38,068 nucleotides of DNA from Mycobacteriales bacterium (GCA_035546915.1 DASZVT010000110.1:1-38068), one strand, 5' to 3'; shown: positions 15,541 through 24,780, numbered from the stretch's first letter. The notes: generated by a model from the sequence alone, not told the origin. Translations and numbers: made by a program.

Positions 15541-16692
15541 ATGCAACTCCCGCCAACCACCCTGACGCCCCAGGAACTTGAGCTGCGCGCTGAAGTGCGG
15601 GCGTTCCTCGCGGACCGGCTCCCGCCCGAGGTGCGGGTCGGGCTCGGCATGGGCGGTGCGCACGATCCGGAGTTCAGCCGGGCGCTCGGCGCCGCGGGCC
15701 TGCTCGGGATGGCCTTGCCGCCGGAGTACGGCGGCAGAGGCGGCACCGCCGTCGAGCGGTTCATCGTCACCGAGGAACTGCTGGCCGCGCAGGCCCCAGT
15801 GGCGGCGCACTGGGTCGCCGAGCGCCAGTCCGGGCCCAACATCCTCAAGTACGGCACGCCGGAGCAGAAGGAGCGCTTTCTGCCCGCGATCGCGCGAGGC
15901 GAGTGCTTCTTCTCCATCGGCATGAGTGAGCCCGACGCCGGCTCGGACCTGGCCAGCGTCCGGACCAAGGCCGACAAGGTTGAGGGTGGCTGGCGCATCA
16001 ACGGCACCAAGGTCTGGACCACGCACGCGCACAACAACCACTTCTTCGCGGTGCTGTGCCGGACCTCGCCGGTCGCCGATGACAAACACCAGGGCCTGTC
16101 CCAGCTGCTCGTCGACCTGCACGCGGACGGGGTGCGGATCAGCCCGATCTTGACCATGGACGGCGTCGCCGAATTCTGCGAGGTCGCCCTCGAGGACGTG
16201 TTCGTGCCGGACTCGATGGTGCTCGGCGAGATTGGCAGCGGCTGGGCTCAGGTGACCTCGGAACTGTCTTTCGAGCGGGCCGGACCGGACCGGTGGCTGT
16301 CGCCGTGGGGCCTGATCACCGGCCTGATGAGCGTGCTGGGGCCGAACCCGCAGCCTGCCGACGCCGCCGCGATCGGTCGCATGGTGGCGAGGCTGCGGGT
16401 GGTGCGGTCGATGTCGCTCGCGGTGGCCCGGATGATCGACACCGGCGGTGCGCCGTCACTGCAGGCGTCGCTCACCAAGGACATCGGGACCGTGTACGAG
16501 CAGGACGTGGTCGAGACGGTGCGCTCGCTGCTGGACCGCGAGCTCGACCGTGCTGACGCGTCCGGGCTCAACGATCTGCTCGTGCGAGCCGTGCTCGCGG
16601 GCCCGACCTGGACCCTGCGTGGCGGCACCACCGAGATCCTGCGTTCGGTCGTCGCACGCGGGCTGCGTCCGAAGGGAGCGACCGGCCGATGA
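15541..16692 (+). CDS. acyl-CoA dehydrogenase, alpha-type (complete signatures)
   Basis: GMSEPDAGSD, WRINGTKVWTT, helix-G SFERAG, C-terminal GGTTEILRSVVARGL. The stop overlaps the next start (ATGA). Confidence 0.9.
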   Translation: MQLPPTTLTPQELELRAEVRAFLADRLPPEVRVGLGMGGAHDPEFSRALGAAGLLGMALPPEYGGRGGTAVERFIVTEELLAAQAPVAAHWVAERQSGPNILKYGTPEQKERFLPAIARGECFFSIGMSEPDAGSDLASVRTKADKVEGGWRINGTKVWTTHAHNNHFFAVLCRTSPVADDKHQGLSQLLVDLHADGVRISPILTMDGVAEFCEVALEDVFVPDSMVLGEIGSGWAQVTSELSFERAGPDRWLSPWGLITGLMSVLGPNPQPADAAAIGRMVARLRVVRSMSLAVARMIDTGGAPSLQASLTKDIGTVYEQDVVETVRSLLDRELDRADASGLNDLLVRAVLAGPTWTLRGGTTEILRSVVARGLRPKGATGR

Positions 16693-17780
16693 GCCAGCCA
16701 ACGATCGAGGCGAGTTCCTTCCCGGGCGTCGACCCGCTGCTGCTGCAGACCGTCACCGACTTGTTCGGCGACCTCGCGAGCCCGGAGCAGATCCGCACCC
16801 AGGAGGGCCGCTGGCACGACCGGCTGTGGTCGGCCCTTGCTGAGTCCGGGCTGGCCGGTATCGGGGTCCCGGAGAGCGCGGGCGGTTCCGGTGGCACCAC
16901 GGCGGACGCGGCCGCGGTGCTGCGTCTCGCCGGTCGCTTCGCCGTCGGGCTGCCGCTCGCGGAACACGCGCTGCTGGGTGGCTGGCTGGTCGAGGCAGCG
17001 GGTTGGGAACTGCCGGCCGGTCGGTCGGTGTCGGTGGCACCCGGGGCACCGCACGACACCCTCACACTGAGCCAGTCCGGTGACGGCTGGACCGCTCACG
17101 GCACCGTGACCCGGGTGCCCTGGGGGCAGGACGTCGCCGCCGTGCTGGCGCTGGTGCAGGACGGAGACGTCGCCCGGATCGCGCGGCTGGACCCCGCGTC
17201 GGCCACCGTGACGGTCGGTGCGAACCTGGCGGCCGAGCGGCGAGACACGCTCGCGTTCGACGGGGCGGCCGCGGATGTCACGGTCGCACCGGCCGGGGTG
17301 ACCCGGGACGCACTGCAGGTACGGGGCGCGCTCACCCGGACGCTGCTCATCGCCGGTGCGCTCGAGGGCGTCTCGGCCGAGACCGTTGCGCACGCGTACG
17401 CGCGCGAACAGTTTGGGCAGCCGATTGCCCGTTTCCAGGCGATCGGGCAGCGCCTTGCCCTGCTTGCCGAGCAGACTGCCCGCGCGCAGTTCGCCGCCGA
17501 CCTCGCGACCCGTGCGCTGGGCACCGAAACGGCGGACCCGTTGGACGCCGCGGTCGCGAAGATCGTTGCCGGCGAGGCCGGCACCATCGCGGCGCAGCAC
17601 GCCCATCAGGTGTGCGGGGCGATCGGCGTGTCGATGGAGTTCGACCTGCAGCTGCTCACCCGCCGGGTGTGGTCCTGGCGGGACGAGTTCGGCGGCGAGA
17701 CCGGCTGGGCCAGTCGGCTCGGCGGCGCGCTGGCCGAGGCGGGTCCGGACGCGCTGTGGTCGTGGGTGAGTCAGGCATGA
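16689..17780 (+). CDS. acyl-CoA dehydrogenase family protein, beta-type (lacks signature 1 and the helix-G Glu)
   Basis: ACAD C-terminal domain is present (FGQPIARFQAIGQRLA, QVCGAIGVSMEFDLQLLTRR). The S-E-P-x-A-G-S-D region is absent (reads VAPGAPHDTL), and the FER position reads QVRG. Confidence 0.8.
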   Translation: MSQPTIEASSFPGVDPLLLQTVTDLFGDLASPEQIRTQEGRWHDRLWSALAESGLAGIGVPESAGGSGGTTADAAAVLRLAGRFAVGLPLAEHALLGGWLVEAAGWELPAGRSVSVAPGAPHDTLTLSQSGDGWTAHGTVTRVPWGQDVAAVLALVQDGDVARIARLDPASATVTVGANLAAERRDTLAFDGAAADVTVAPAGVTRDALQVRGALTRTLLIAGALEGVSAETVAHAYAREQFGQPIARFQAIGQRLALLAEQTARAQFAADLATRALGTETADPLDAAVAKIVAGEAGTIAAQHAHQVCGAIGVSMEFDLQLLTRRVWSWRDEFGGETGWASRLGGALAEAGPDALWSWVSQA

Positions 17781-17805
17781 GCGTCCGGAGCGGGCGGAGT
17801 GACGG

Positions 17806-18708
17806 ATGAGCACGGAATCTGAACGGGAGAGCTGGGCGCTGGACGACCTGCGCGCCGAGCGGAACGAGGCCGGCGAGCCCTTGGTGCTGCGTGAGCTGCG
17901 TGACGACGGCGTGCTGCTCCTGACGCTGAACCGCCCCGAGCGCGGGAACGCCTGGGAGGCCGACATGGAGGTGGCGTACTTCGACGCCTTCGACGAGGCC
18001 GTCACGAACCCGGACGTGCGGGCTATCGTGCTCACCGGCGCCGGTAAGCTCTTCTGCGCCGGCATGGACATGGCCCGGCTGCACAAGTCCTCGCAGGAAG
18101 GCGCCTCGTACAAGATGCCGCGCCGGCCGCAGACGTTCCTGCTCCGCGTGCCCAAGCCGGTGATCGCCGCGGTCAACGGTGCGTGCGCCGGCATCGGCCT
18201 CATTCAGGCGGTGATGTGCGACGTGCGGTTCACCAGCGCACCGGCCAAGTGGACCGCGCCGTTCACCCGGCTCGGTCTGCCCGCCGAGGATGCGCTGGCC
18301 TGGCGCCTGCAGCACCTTGCCGGGAACGCGGTGGCCTCCGACCTGCTGCTGTCGGCGCGAGTCGTCACGGGCGCCGACGTCGCGCGCTGGGGCATCGCGT
18401 TGGAGGCGCTGGAACCGGCGGACGTGCTGCCCCGCGCGCTCGAGTACGCCGCCGATGTCGCGCAGCGCTCACCCACCGCGATGGCCGTCATCAAGCAGCA
18501 GCTGCTCGCGGACGCCCAGCAGGGCGTGGAGATCTCGCGCCGGCGTGCTCGTCAGCAACTGATCGGGTTGAAGCAACATCCCGACTTCGCCGAAGGCGTC
18601 CGCGCCTTCTCGGCCAAGGAGGTCCCCGCCTTCCTCGGCCTGGATCCGTCCTACGGCTGCCTCGACGATTCGGTCGACGCGCTGCAACCCGAAGGGTATG
18701 TCGAGTGA
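17806..18708 (+). CDS. crotonase-superfamily protein lacking both canonical hydratase glutamates
   Basis: Crotonase fold: LTLNRPERGNAW, IVLTGAGKLFCAGMDM, KPVIAAVNGACAGIG. An ungapped alignment to the canonical EchA at 4335 shows GGGLE changed to GIGLI and QPE changed to APF. Confidence 0.85.
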   Translation: MSTESERESWALDDLRAERNEAGEPLVLRELRDDGVLLLTLNRPERGNAWEADMEVAYFDAFDEAVTNPDVRAIVLTGAGKLFCAGMDMARLHKSSQEGASYKMPRRPQTFLLRVPKPVIAAVNGACAGIGLIQAVMCDVRFTSAPAKWTAPFTRLGLPAEDALAWRLQHLAGNAVASDLLLSARVVTGADVARWGIALEALEPADVLPRALEYAADVAQRSPTAMAVIKQQLLADAQQGVEISRRRARQQLIGLKQHPDFAEGVRAFSAKEVPAFLGLDPSYGCLDDSVDALQPEGYVE

Positions 18709-19868
18709 GCACACTCCCACCGTTACCTGAATTCCTCGCCGAGATCCGGCGCTGGATCGAGGTGAACATCGACACGCTCGCGCCGTTCTACCGGGCGGCG
18801 CCGGAGACCTACGAAGACCGGATTGCGGTCGGGTCCCGCTTCCTGCGGGTGCTCTACGACGCCGGTTGGATGCGGTACGGCTGGCCGGAGGCGATCGGCG
18901 GCTTCGGCGGCGATGCGCGCTACCGGACCGCCTTCTACGACACGCTGTGGGATACCGGCTATCCGCCGCCCGAGCAGCACATGACGCTCGAGGTGATCGG
19001 CAGTCCGCTGCTGCACTACAACGCCCCGCTCGCTGCCGAGTTGATGCCGAAGTACCTGTCCGGCGAGGCATCCCTGTCCCAGGGTTTCTCCGAGCCGGAG
19101 GCGGGCAGCGACCTGGCCGCACTGCGTTGCCGCGCCGTACGGGACGGTGACGGTCCGGACGCAGACTTCGTGGTCAACGGCCAGAAGATCTGGACCAGCA
19201 ACGGCTACCTGTCGGAGCAGTGCATCTTGCTGGTGCGCACCGGAACCACCGAGAGCCGGCACCGCGGGCTGTCCATGCTGATGGTGGACATGGATACCCC
19301 CGGCATCACCCGGCGGCCGATCGCCTATGCGAACCACCACAACGAGCTTGCCGAGGTCTTCTACGACGACGTGCGGGTGCCGTCGAACCGGCTGCTCGGC
19401 GAAGTCAACGACGGCTGGGGCGTGGCGATGTATCTCCTCCAGTTCGAGCGTGGGCTCTACCCGTGGCTGCGTGCGTCCCGGATGCTCTACCGGCTGGAAC
19501 TGCTGCGCGAGCAGTTGCGCGAACGTGGCCTGACCGACGCGTGGCGAGCCCAGGAGCTGGGGCATGCCTTCTTGGCGATTAGCGCGCTGCGGGCCCGTGC
19601 GGCGCGGACCGTGCGGCGGCTGTCGGTGGGGGAGACGATCGGTCCCGATTCGAGCGGGGACAAGATCATGTTGGCCAACGGGGAACAACTGATGCTGGAG
19701 ACCGCCCGCCGGGTGCTCGGTGGACAGCTCCAGCTCGAGGACTCCGCGAGCGCGCGGGACTGGCGTTCCGAATGGCAGTTCACCCGATCGGCGTCCATCT
19801 ACGGCGGTTCCGCCGAGGTGCAGCGCTCGATCGTCGCCGACCGCGTGTTGCGGCTTCCGAAGGACTGA
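18705..19868 (+). CDS. acyl-CoA dehydrogenase, alpha-type
   Basis: GTG 18705 overlaps the upstream stop (GTGA). GFSEPEAGSD, FVVNGQKIWTS, QFERG, C-terminal IYGGSAEVQRSIVADRVLRLPKD. The ORF-track extension to 18183 lies inside the crotonase gene and is rejected. Confidence 0.9.
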   Translation: MSTLPPLPEFLAEIRRWIEVNIDTLAPFYRAAPETYEDRIAVGSRFLRVLYDAGWMRYGWPEAIGGFGGDARYRTAFYDTLWDTGYPPPEQHMTLEVIGSPLLHYNAPLAAELMPKYLSGEASLSQGFSEPEAGSDLAALRCRAVRDGDGPDADFVVNGQKIWTSNGYLSEQCILLVRTGTTESRHRGLSMLMVDMDTPGITRRPIAYANHHNELAEVFYDDVRVPSNRLLGEVNDGWGVAMYLLQFERGLYPWLRASRMLYRLELLREQLRERGLTDAWRAQELGHAFLAISALRARAARTVRRLSVGETIGPDSSGDKIMLANGEQLMLETARRVLGGQLQLEDSASARDWRSEWQFTRSASIYGGSAEVQRSIVADRVLRLPKD

Positions 19869-19879
19869 GGGGATTCGAC

Positions 19880-20842
19880 GTGGACGCACAGACGAAGGAC
19901 TTGCTGCGCGACAGCATCCGTGAGGTCCTCGCCGGCTCGAAGGATCTGCGGTCCGCGCTGGTCGAGCTCGGCTGGGACGAGGTGGTGGCCGACGACGCGA
20001 AGGCCGCCGTCACCATTCTGTTCACTGAGCAGGGGCGGGCCCGGGCCGCCTCCCGACTCCTCGACACCGTGGTGGTCGGCGAGCTCGGTGGTGCCATCGA
20101 CCCAGCGGCCGCGGTGGTCTATCCGGCCGTCGACGGGGGCGCACAACCGACCTCGACGATCGACGGCGAGCGCGTCACCGTCAACGGCCTGGTACTCGGT
20201 CCGATCGGCGATGCTCCGGCGCTGATTGTGCCGGTAGCCGCCGGCGACGGGGTGGAGCTGGTCACGGTGCCCGTGGGGGACCTCACCGTCACGCCGATCG
20301 ACGGCTTCGACCCCGACGCCGGATGGAGTTCGGTGACCGGGTCGGTGACCTCAACCGGACGCGTCGGTGACCGCGAGGCCGCATCGCGCGCGCTGGCCGC
20401 GGCACAGCGCGCGGTGGCCAGCGAAATCGTCGGCGTCGCGCAGGCAGCGCTGACGCTGGCCGTGGACCACGTCAGCACGCGTCGGCAGTTCGGCCACACG
20501 ATCGCGAGCTTCCAGATGGTGCGGTTCCGCCTGGCGGAGGCGTGGACCTGGCTGTCGGCCGCCGAGGCGACCGTCGACGCGGCATGGGACGACAGGTCCC
20601 CCGAGGCGTCGTCGCTGGCCAAGGCGTACGCGGGACAGGCACACAGCGACGCGGTGGCGCACTGCACCCAGGTCTGCGGCGCGATGGGCGTTACCTACGA
20701 GCACGACCTGCACCGGTACGTGCGTCGTGGCTTCGTCCTGGATGCGTTGCTGGGTTCGTCGTTGCAACTGTCCGGGGCGCTCGGCGCGTCCTTCCTGGCC
20801 GGGGCCCCGATCCCGCGCCTGGTCGCGGCGGCGGCGCTGTAA
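19880..20842 (+). CDS. acyl-CoA dehydrogenase family protein, beta-type (short, 320 aa; lacks signature 1)
   Basis: GTG 19880 lies 11 nt after the upstream stop, with GAGGGGA upstream. The C-terminal domain is conserved (FGHTIASFQMVRFRLAE, QVCGAMGVTYEHDLHRYVRR). There is no S-E-P-x-A-G-S-D motif. Confidence 0.75.
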   Translation: MDAQTKDLLRDSIREVLAGSKDLRSALVELGWDEVVADDAKAAVTILFTEQGRARAASRLLDTVVVGELGGAIDPAAAVVYPAVDGGAQPTSTIDGERVTVNGLVLGPIGDAPALIVPVAAGDGVELVTVPVGDLTVTPIDGFDPDAGWSSVTGSVTSTGRVGDREAASRALAAAQRAVASEIVGVAQAALTLAVDHVSTRRQFGHTIASFQMVRFRLAEAWTWLSAAEATVDAAWDDRSPEASSLAKAYAGQAHSDAVAHCTQVCGAMGVTYEHDLHRYVRRGFVLDALLGSSLQLSGALGASFLAGAPIPRLVAAAAL

Positions 20843-20851
20843 CTGTCGCCG

Positions 20852-20866
20852 GGCTGCGTCGCAGCC
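20852..20866. terminator. short stem-loop between convergent genes (6-bp stem, 3-nt loop)
   Basis: GGCTGC GTC GCAGCC, lying in the 27-nt gap between stop TAA 20842 (+) and stop 20870 (-). Confidence 0.3.
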
Positions 20867-20869
20867 AGT

Positions 20870-22009
20870 TCAACGACCGCGCGGGAGTCCGAGACCGCGC
20901 TCGGCAATGATCGAGCGCTGGATCTCGCTGGTCCCGGCGTAGATGGTGGCGCCCAGCGCTCGCCGTAGGAAGTGCTCGGCCTGACCGCTCAGCGGCGCGG
21001 AGCCGTCACCGGCGCGACGGAGCCCGTCCGGGCCGAGCAGGTCGGTCAAGGCGGCGGTTTGTTCCGTCAGCGCCTCCGAGTCGTAGAGCTTGGCCATGGA
21101 GCCCTCGACGCCCGGCTGCGCGCCGTTCTGCGCTGCCCAGGCGCTGCGGCGGGCGAGCAGCAGCGAGATCTCGGTAACGGCCGCCAGCCGACCGGCACGG
21201 ACCTGCGCATTCGCCCGTCCGGCGCTCGCAGCCCACGGGCCGAACAGGTCCCGCAAGCCGGCGAGTTCGCCCCCGAACGCACCGGCGCGCTCGGTGGTCA
21301 AGCCGACGGTCATCGCATTCCACCCCTCGTTGACCGCCCCGACCCGCCATTCGTCACCGACCCGCACGTCCTCGTAGAACGTGAGGTTGGTTCGTTCGCC
21401 GGACACGGTGTGCACCGGCCTCACCTCGATCCCGTCGCGATCGAGCGGAACCAGGAACATCGTCAGGCCTCGGTGCTTGGGGGCGGCCGCGTCGGTGCGG
21501 GTAAGCAGCAACACGTAGTCCGCGACGCTCGCGTTCGTGGTGAACATCTTCGCGCCGTTGATCACCCACTCGTTGCCGTCACGTACCGCACGGGTACGTG
21601 CGGCGGCGACGTCGGATCCGCACTCGGGCTCGGTCCACCCCTGCGCGATCACGATCTCGCCGGCCAAAAATCCCGGCACGATGCGCTGGGCGAGCAGTTC
21701 GCCGCCGAGTTCCTTGACCACGCCGACGCAGATCCGCGAGGTGCCGACGCCGTGCAGCGGGGCACCCGCGTACTGGAGTTCCTCCGCGAGTGCCAGCGCC
21801 TCCAGGGGCGGTAGCCCGAGACCGCCCTCGGCGACCGGCCAGGATGGGGCGATCCAACGCCGCTGCGCCAACTTGCGGCAGAAACCGGCGTCGTGATGCA
21901 CGCCGGTCGCGTCGATCCGGGCGCGGATCGCGTCGGTGAGTTCGGCGGCGACGAAGGCGCGGGCCTCCTGGCGCAGCGCCTCTGCCGCGGCCCCCCAGCG
22001 GAAGTCCAT
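20870..22009 (-). CDS. acyl-CoA dehydrogenase
   Basis: ATG 22009 (MDFRWGAAAE) lies 1 nt after the fadD stop. GWTEPECGSD, WVINGAKMFTT, TTERAG, C-terminal IYAGTSEIQRSIIAERGLGLPRGR. The ORF-track extension to 22309 lies inside fadD and is rejected. Confidence 0.9.
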   Translation of the reverse strand: MDFRWGAAAEALRQEARAFVAAELTDAIRARIDATGVHHDAGFCRKLAQRRWIAPSWPVAEGGLGLPPLEALALAEELQYAGAPLHGVGTSRICVGVVKELGGELLAQRIVPGFLAGEIVIAQGWTEPECGSDVAAARTRAVRDGNEWVINGAKMFTTNASVADYVLLLTRTDAAAPKHRGLTMFLVPLDRDGIEVRPVHTVSGERTNLTFYEDVRVGDEWRVGAVNEGWNAMTVGLTTERAGAFGGELAGLRDLFGPWAASAGRANAQVRAGRLAAVTEISLLLARRSAWAAQNGAQPGVEGSMAKLYDSEALTEQTAALTDLLGPDGLRRAGDGSAPLSGQAEHFLRRALGATIYAGTSEIQRSIIAERGLGLPRGR

Positions 22010-22010
22010 C

Positions 22011-23495
22011 TCAGCCGTCCCTGTCCGCTCGCTGCGTGCCGAGCGCGGTGCGGTTGAGCTTGCCGGCCTCGGTCCGTGGCATGCGGGCCACGAACTCGAA
22101 CGTCCGCGGTGCTTTGTACGCAGCCAGCCGGGCCTTGCACCAGGCGCGCAGTTCGGCCGGCGGTGGCGGTTGCTCCGGATCACGAGGTTGCACGATGGCA
22201 TGCACCCGATGCCCCCACTCCTGGTCCGGCACGGGCACCACCACCTGATCGACGACGTCGGGATGCTCGCTGAGGGCCTCTTCGACCTCCGCCGGGAAGA
22301 CATTCGCACCGCCGCTGACGATCATGTCGGTACGACGATCCGCGATGTACAGATAGCCGTCGCTGTCGAGCCAGCCGAGATCGCCGAGTGAGCGGTAACC
22401 GTCCGCCGACGGCTCCGGCGTGGGCATGCCGATGTACTGGAACACCGGCCGCTCCTCGAGCGACCTCAGGAAGATCTCACCGGTCTCGCCGGTTGGCAGT
22501 TCCCGGCCGTCCGGGTCCCGGATGCTGATCCGGCAGTCCATCGGCTTGCCGGTCGAGCCGCGATGCTCGGGCCACTCCAGCCCCGTCATCGCGACGAAGC
22601 CGAGCCGCTCGCTGGACCCGTACGTGAACAGGAACGCGGCGGGATCGATCAGTTCCAGCCAACGGTCGACCACCCAGTCCGGAACCTTGGCGCCGCCGTA
22701 GACGAGGCGGGTCAGCGAGCGCAGGTTGCGGGTGCCGATATCCGATAGCCGCGCGATCCGCTGCAACATGGTCGGAACCATGACGGTCAGGGTGATCCGG
22801 TGACGCTCGATCACGTCTACGGCCAGGGCGGCGTCGAATTTCTCCAGCACGTAGACCCGCGCGCCCTCCAGGGCGAACGGAGCGGCGAACGCGAACCCGT
22901 TCACGTGGTAGAGCGGGGAGACGACCAGCGCCGTGGCCGGCCCAGAGGACAGGAAGAACGCGGTGTCCGGGTCCGCACCGACCACGCCGCGGCGGGGCGT
23001 GACGATGAGCTTCGGCGAGCCGGTCGATCCGGACGACGCCACGTAGTTGACACAGTCGGGCACGACGTCGGGGAGCGGGCGGTCGTCGAGTTCGGCGGTC
23101 CGGGCCAGGTCGTCGCGAGTCAGGACCGGGATGGACGCCTCGTGGCTGTCGCTGACCAGGATCGTCGGTTCGGCCAGTGACAGCAGCCGGTCCATCTCCC
23201 AGGACGGCATGTCGTGCCGCAGCGGGAGCAGTACCGCGCCCAGCTTCCAGATCGCCAGCGTGACCAGGATGTGCTCGGCGCAGGTCGGCAATGCCAGCGC
23301 GACGACCGCGTCCTTAGTCACACCGAGCTCGGCGAAGCGATGCGCGATCTGGTTCGCCCGGGCCTCGAGCACGGCCCAGGACAGGTCGGTCTCGGTGCCG
23401 TCCGGGGCGATCAAGGTGATGTTCGCCTGGTCCGGTCGAGCCGAAGCGAGTTCGGTGAGGGCGCGCCCGAACGAGCGTCCCGCAGCATCTACCAT
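22011..23495 (-). CDS. fadD: AMP-dependent acyl-CoA synthetase/ligase (FadD family)
   Basis: P-loop-like YVASSGSTGSPKLIV, TGEIFLRS, GDLGWLDSDGYLYIADRRTDMIVSGGANVFPAEVE, terminal catalytic Lys in EAGKLNR. I prefer ATG 23495 (MVDAAGRSFG). The ORF-track start at 23600 would overlap the upstream gene by 49 nt. Confidence 0.88.
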   Translation of the reverse strand: MVDAAGRSFGRALTELASARPDQANITLIAPDGTETDLSWAVLEARANQIAHRFAELGVTKDAVVALALPTCAEHILVTLAIWKLGAVLLPLRHDMPSWEMDRLLSLAEPTILVSDSHEASIPVLTRDDLARTAELDDRPLPDVVPDCVNYVASSGSTGSPKLIVTPRRGVVGADPDTAFFLSSGPATALVVSPLYHVNGFAFAAPFALEGARVYVLEKFDAALAVDVIERHRITLTVMVPTMLQRIARLSDIGTRNLRSLTRLVYGGAKVPDWVVDRWLELIDPAAFLFTYGSSERLGFVAMTGLEWPEHRGSTGKPMDCRISIRDPDGRELPTGETGEIFLRSLEERPVFQYIGMPTPEPSADGYRSLGDLGWLDSDGYLYIADRRTDMIVSGGANVFPAEVEEALSEHPDVVDQVVVPVPDQEWGHRVHAIVQPRDPEQPPPPAELRAWCKARLAAYKAPRTFEFVARMPRTEAGKLNRTALGTQRADRDG

Positions 23496-23551
23496 GTGCC
23501 AATCATGCCCTGATTGCTCGCCGCGGGTGTGGCTGTGTTCCGGCCAGTCGG

Positions 23552-24079
23552 CTACTTCAGTGGCGTCTCCGGGATCGTGGCGAGGTTCGAAACCAGCCAC
23601 GCGCCGTTGGCCTTCGCCATGGTGACCCGTACCGTGCTCTTGTCGATTTTTGTCGTGGTCTGCGTCTTGCTGGTGGTGCTCTGCTGGATGAAGAGCATGA
23701 CGTCGACCTGTGTCCGGCTCGCGGTCAGCACCGAGGACGCGATCGCCTGCGCCTTCGTCACCGTCTCCGCCTTCTTGGCGCCAGGAGCGATGACGGTGTC
23801 GCTGAGCGTCGCGAAGTCCTTCGCGAACTGGCCGGTGGTGTCCTGCCGGGCCCGCGCGTTGTCCTTGTCGAAGGTCTTGTAGCTGTACGAGAGCACCTCG
23901 GGTACCCGCTTGGTGGCCTGGGTCAGCGCATCCTTGCGGGCATGGTCGAGCGCCGAGGCGCGGTTATTGTGGACGGCGAGCAGCGAGACCAGGACGGCGA
24001 GCGCGATCACGACAGCGCCCAGGAGCGTGGCGCTGACGACCTTCGCGCGGCGCGACGGCCGGATACCGGGCCGGGTCAC
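23552..24079 (-). CDS. Mce-associated membrane protein (Mas/Mam type)
   Basis: Single N-terminal TM helix (VVSATLLGAVVIALAVLVSLLAV), then the typical Mas body (ALTQATKRVPEVLSYSYKTFDKD...TGQFAKDF). GTG 24079 overlaps the upstream stop as GTGA. GTG 24106 is an alternative start. Confidence 0.75.
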   Translation of the reverse strand: MTRPGIRPSRRAKVVSATLLGAVVIALAVLVSLLAVHNNRASALDHARKDALTQATKRVPEVLSYSYKTFDKDNARARQDTTGQFAKDFATLSDTVIAPGAKKAETVTKAQAIASSVLTASRTQVDVMLFIQQSTTSKTQTTTKIDKSTVRVTMAKANGAWLVSNLATIPETPLK

Positions 24080-24780
24080 TCGAACACCACGTTCGAGACG
24101 AGCCACTTGCCGCCCTCGCGCTGCAGGGTAACCAGGAACTGGTAGTCGGCTTGCTGTCCCTTCGGCGCGGCCGGGCTGGTGATGGTGGCCCGGGCCGCCA
24201 CCGTCACGGTAGCGGTCTGGCCCTGGATGTCGCGGCTGCCGACTGCGAGCACCTTTCCGGTCTGCGTGGCCTTGGTTTGCACGAGCAGCGACACGGCATT
24301 GGCATTGGTGAATTCCTGCCGCACCCCGCCCGTGACGCCGGTCAGCAACCGGTCGATGTCGCGCTTGGCGGTGGTGGTATCGGTGCCGCTGAGGTTGACG
24401 AAGTTGGTCATGGTGACGCGTGCGGCGGCCAGCACCGCGTTGCGGCGGCCGTCCGCGTTGTCGTGGTCACGCTTGTCGAGGAAGAACAGCACGCCCAGGA
24501 CGATCAGCGCGACCGTGGCCGCGGTCAGGGCAGCGATCGAACCGAGCCAGATCCTGGACAGCCGCCCCCGGGGCGGCTCGGCGCCGACCGGCGACGGAAT
24601 CTCGGCACCGTGCTCCGCCGCCGCGACGCCGGTGCCGGGCCCGGCCGGGACCCCGGTCCCTTCGTGCGCCGGTCGCGGTGGCCGCCGCACGAAACGGCGC
24701 CGGCGTTCGGTCTGGCGCCGGTGCTTTCCGGGTACAGGTGGCGAGCCCATCCGGGCGTCGTCGAGGCCCTCCGGGATCAT
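24076..24780 (-). CDS. Mce-associated membrane protein with Pro/Arg-rich N-terminal extension
   Basis: The ATG overlaps the mceF stop (ATGA). TM helix IAALTAATVALIVLGVLFFL, then a Mas-like domain (AARVTMTNFVNLSGTD...LLTGVTGGVRQEF). Confidence 0.75.
   Translation of the reverse strand: MIPEGLDDARMGSPPVPGKHRRQTERRRRFVRRPPRPAHEGTGVPAGPGTGVAAAEHGAEIPSPVGAEPPRGRLSRIWLGSIAALTAATVALIVLGVLFFLDKRDHDNADGRRNAVLAAARVTMTNFVNLSGTDTTTAKRDIDRLLTGVTGGVRQEFTNANAVSLLVQTKATQTGKVLAVGSRDIQGQTATVTVAARATITSPAAPKGQQADYQFLVTLQREGGKWLVSNVVFE

Noticed and set aside
16248-18203. 651-aa ORF on the - strand
   Set aside because: It is antisense to two ACAD genes and the crotonase gene. It is Ser/Arg/Pro-rich with no domain signature.
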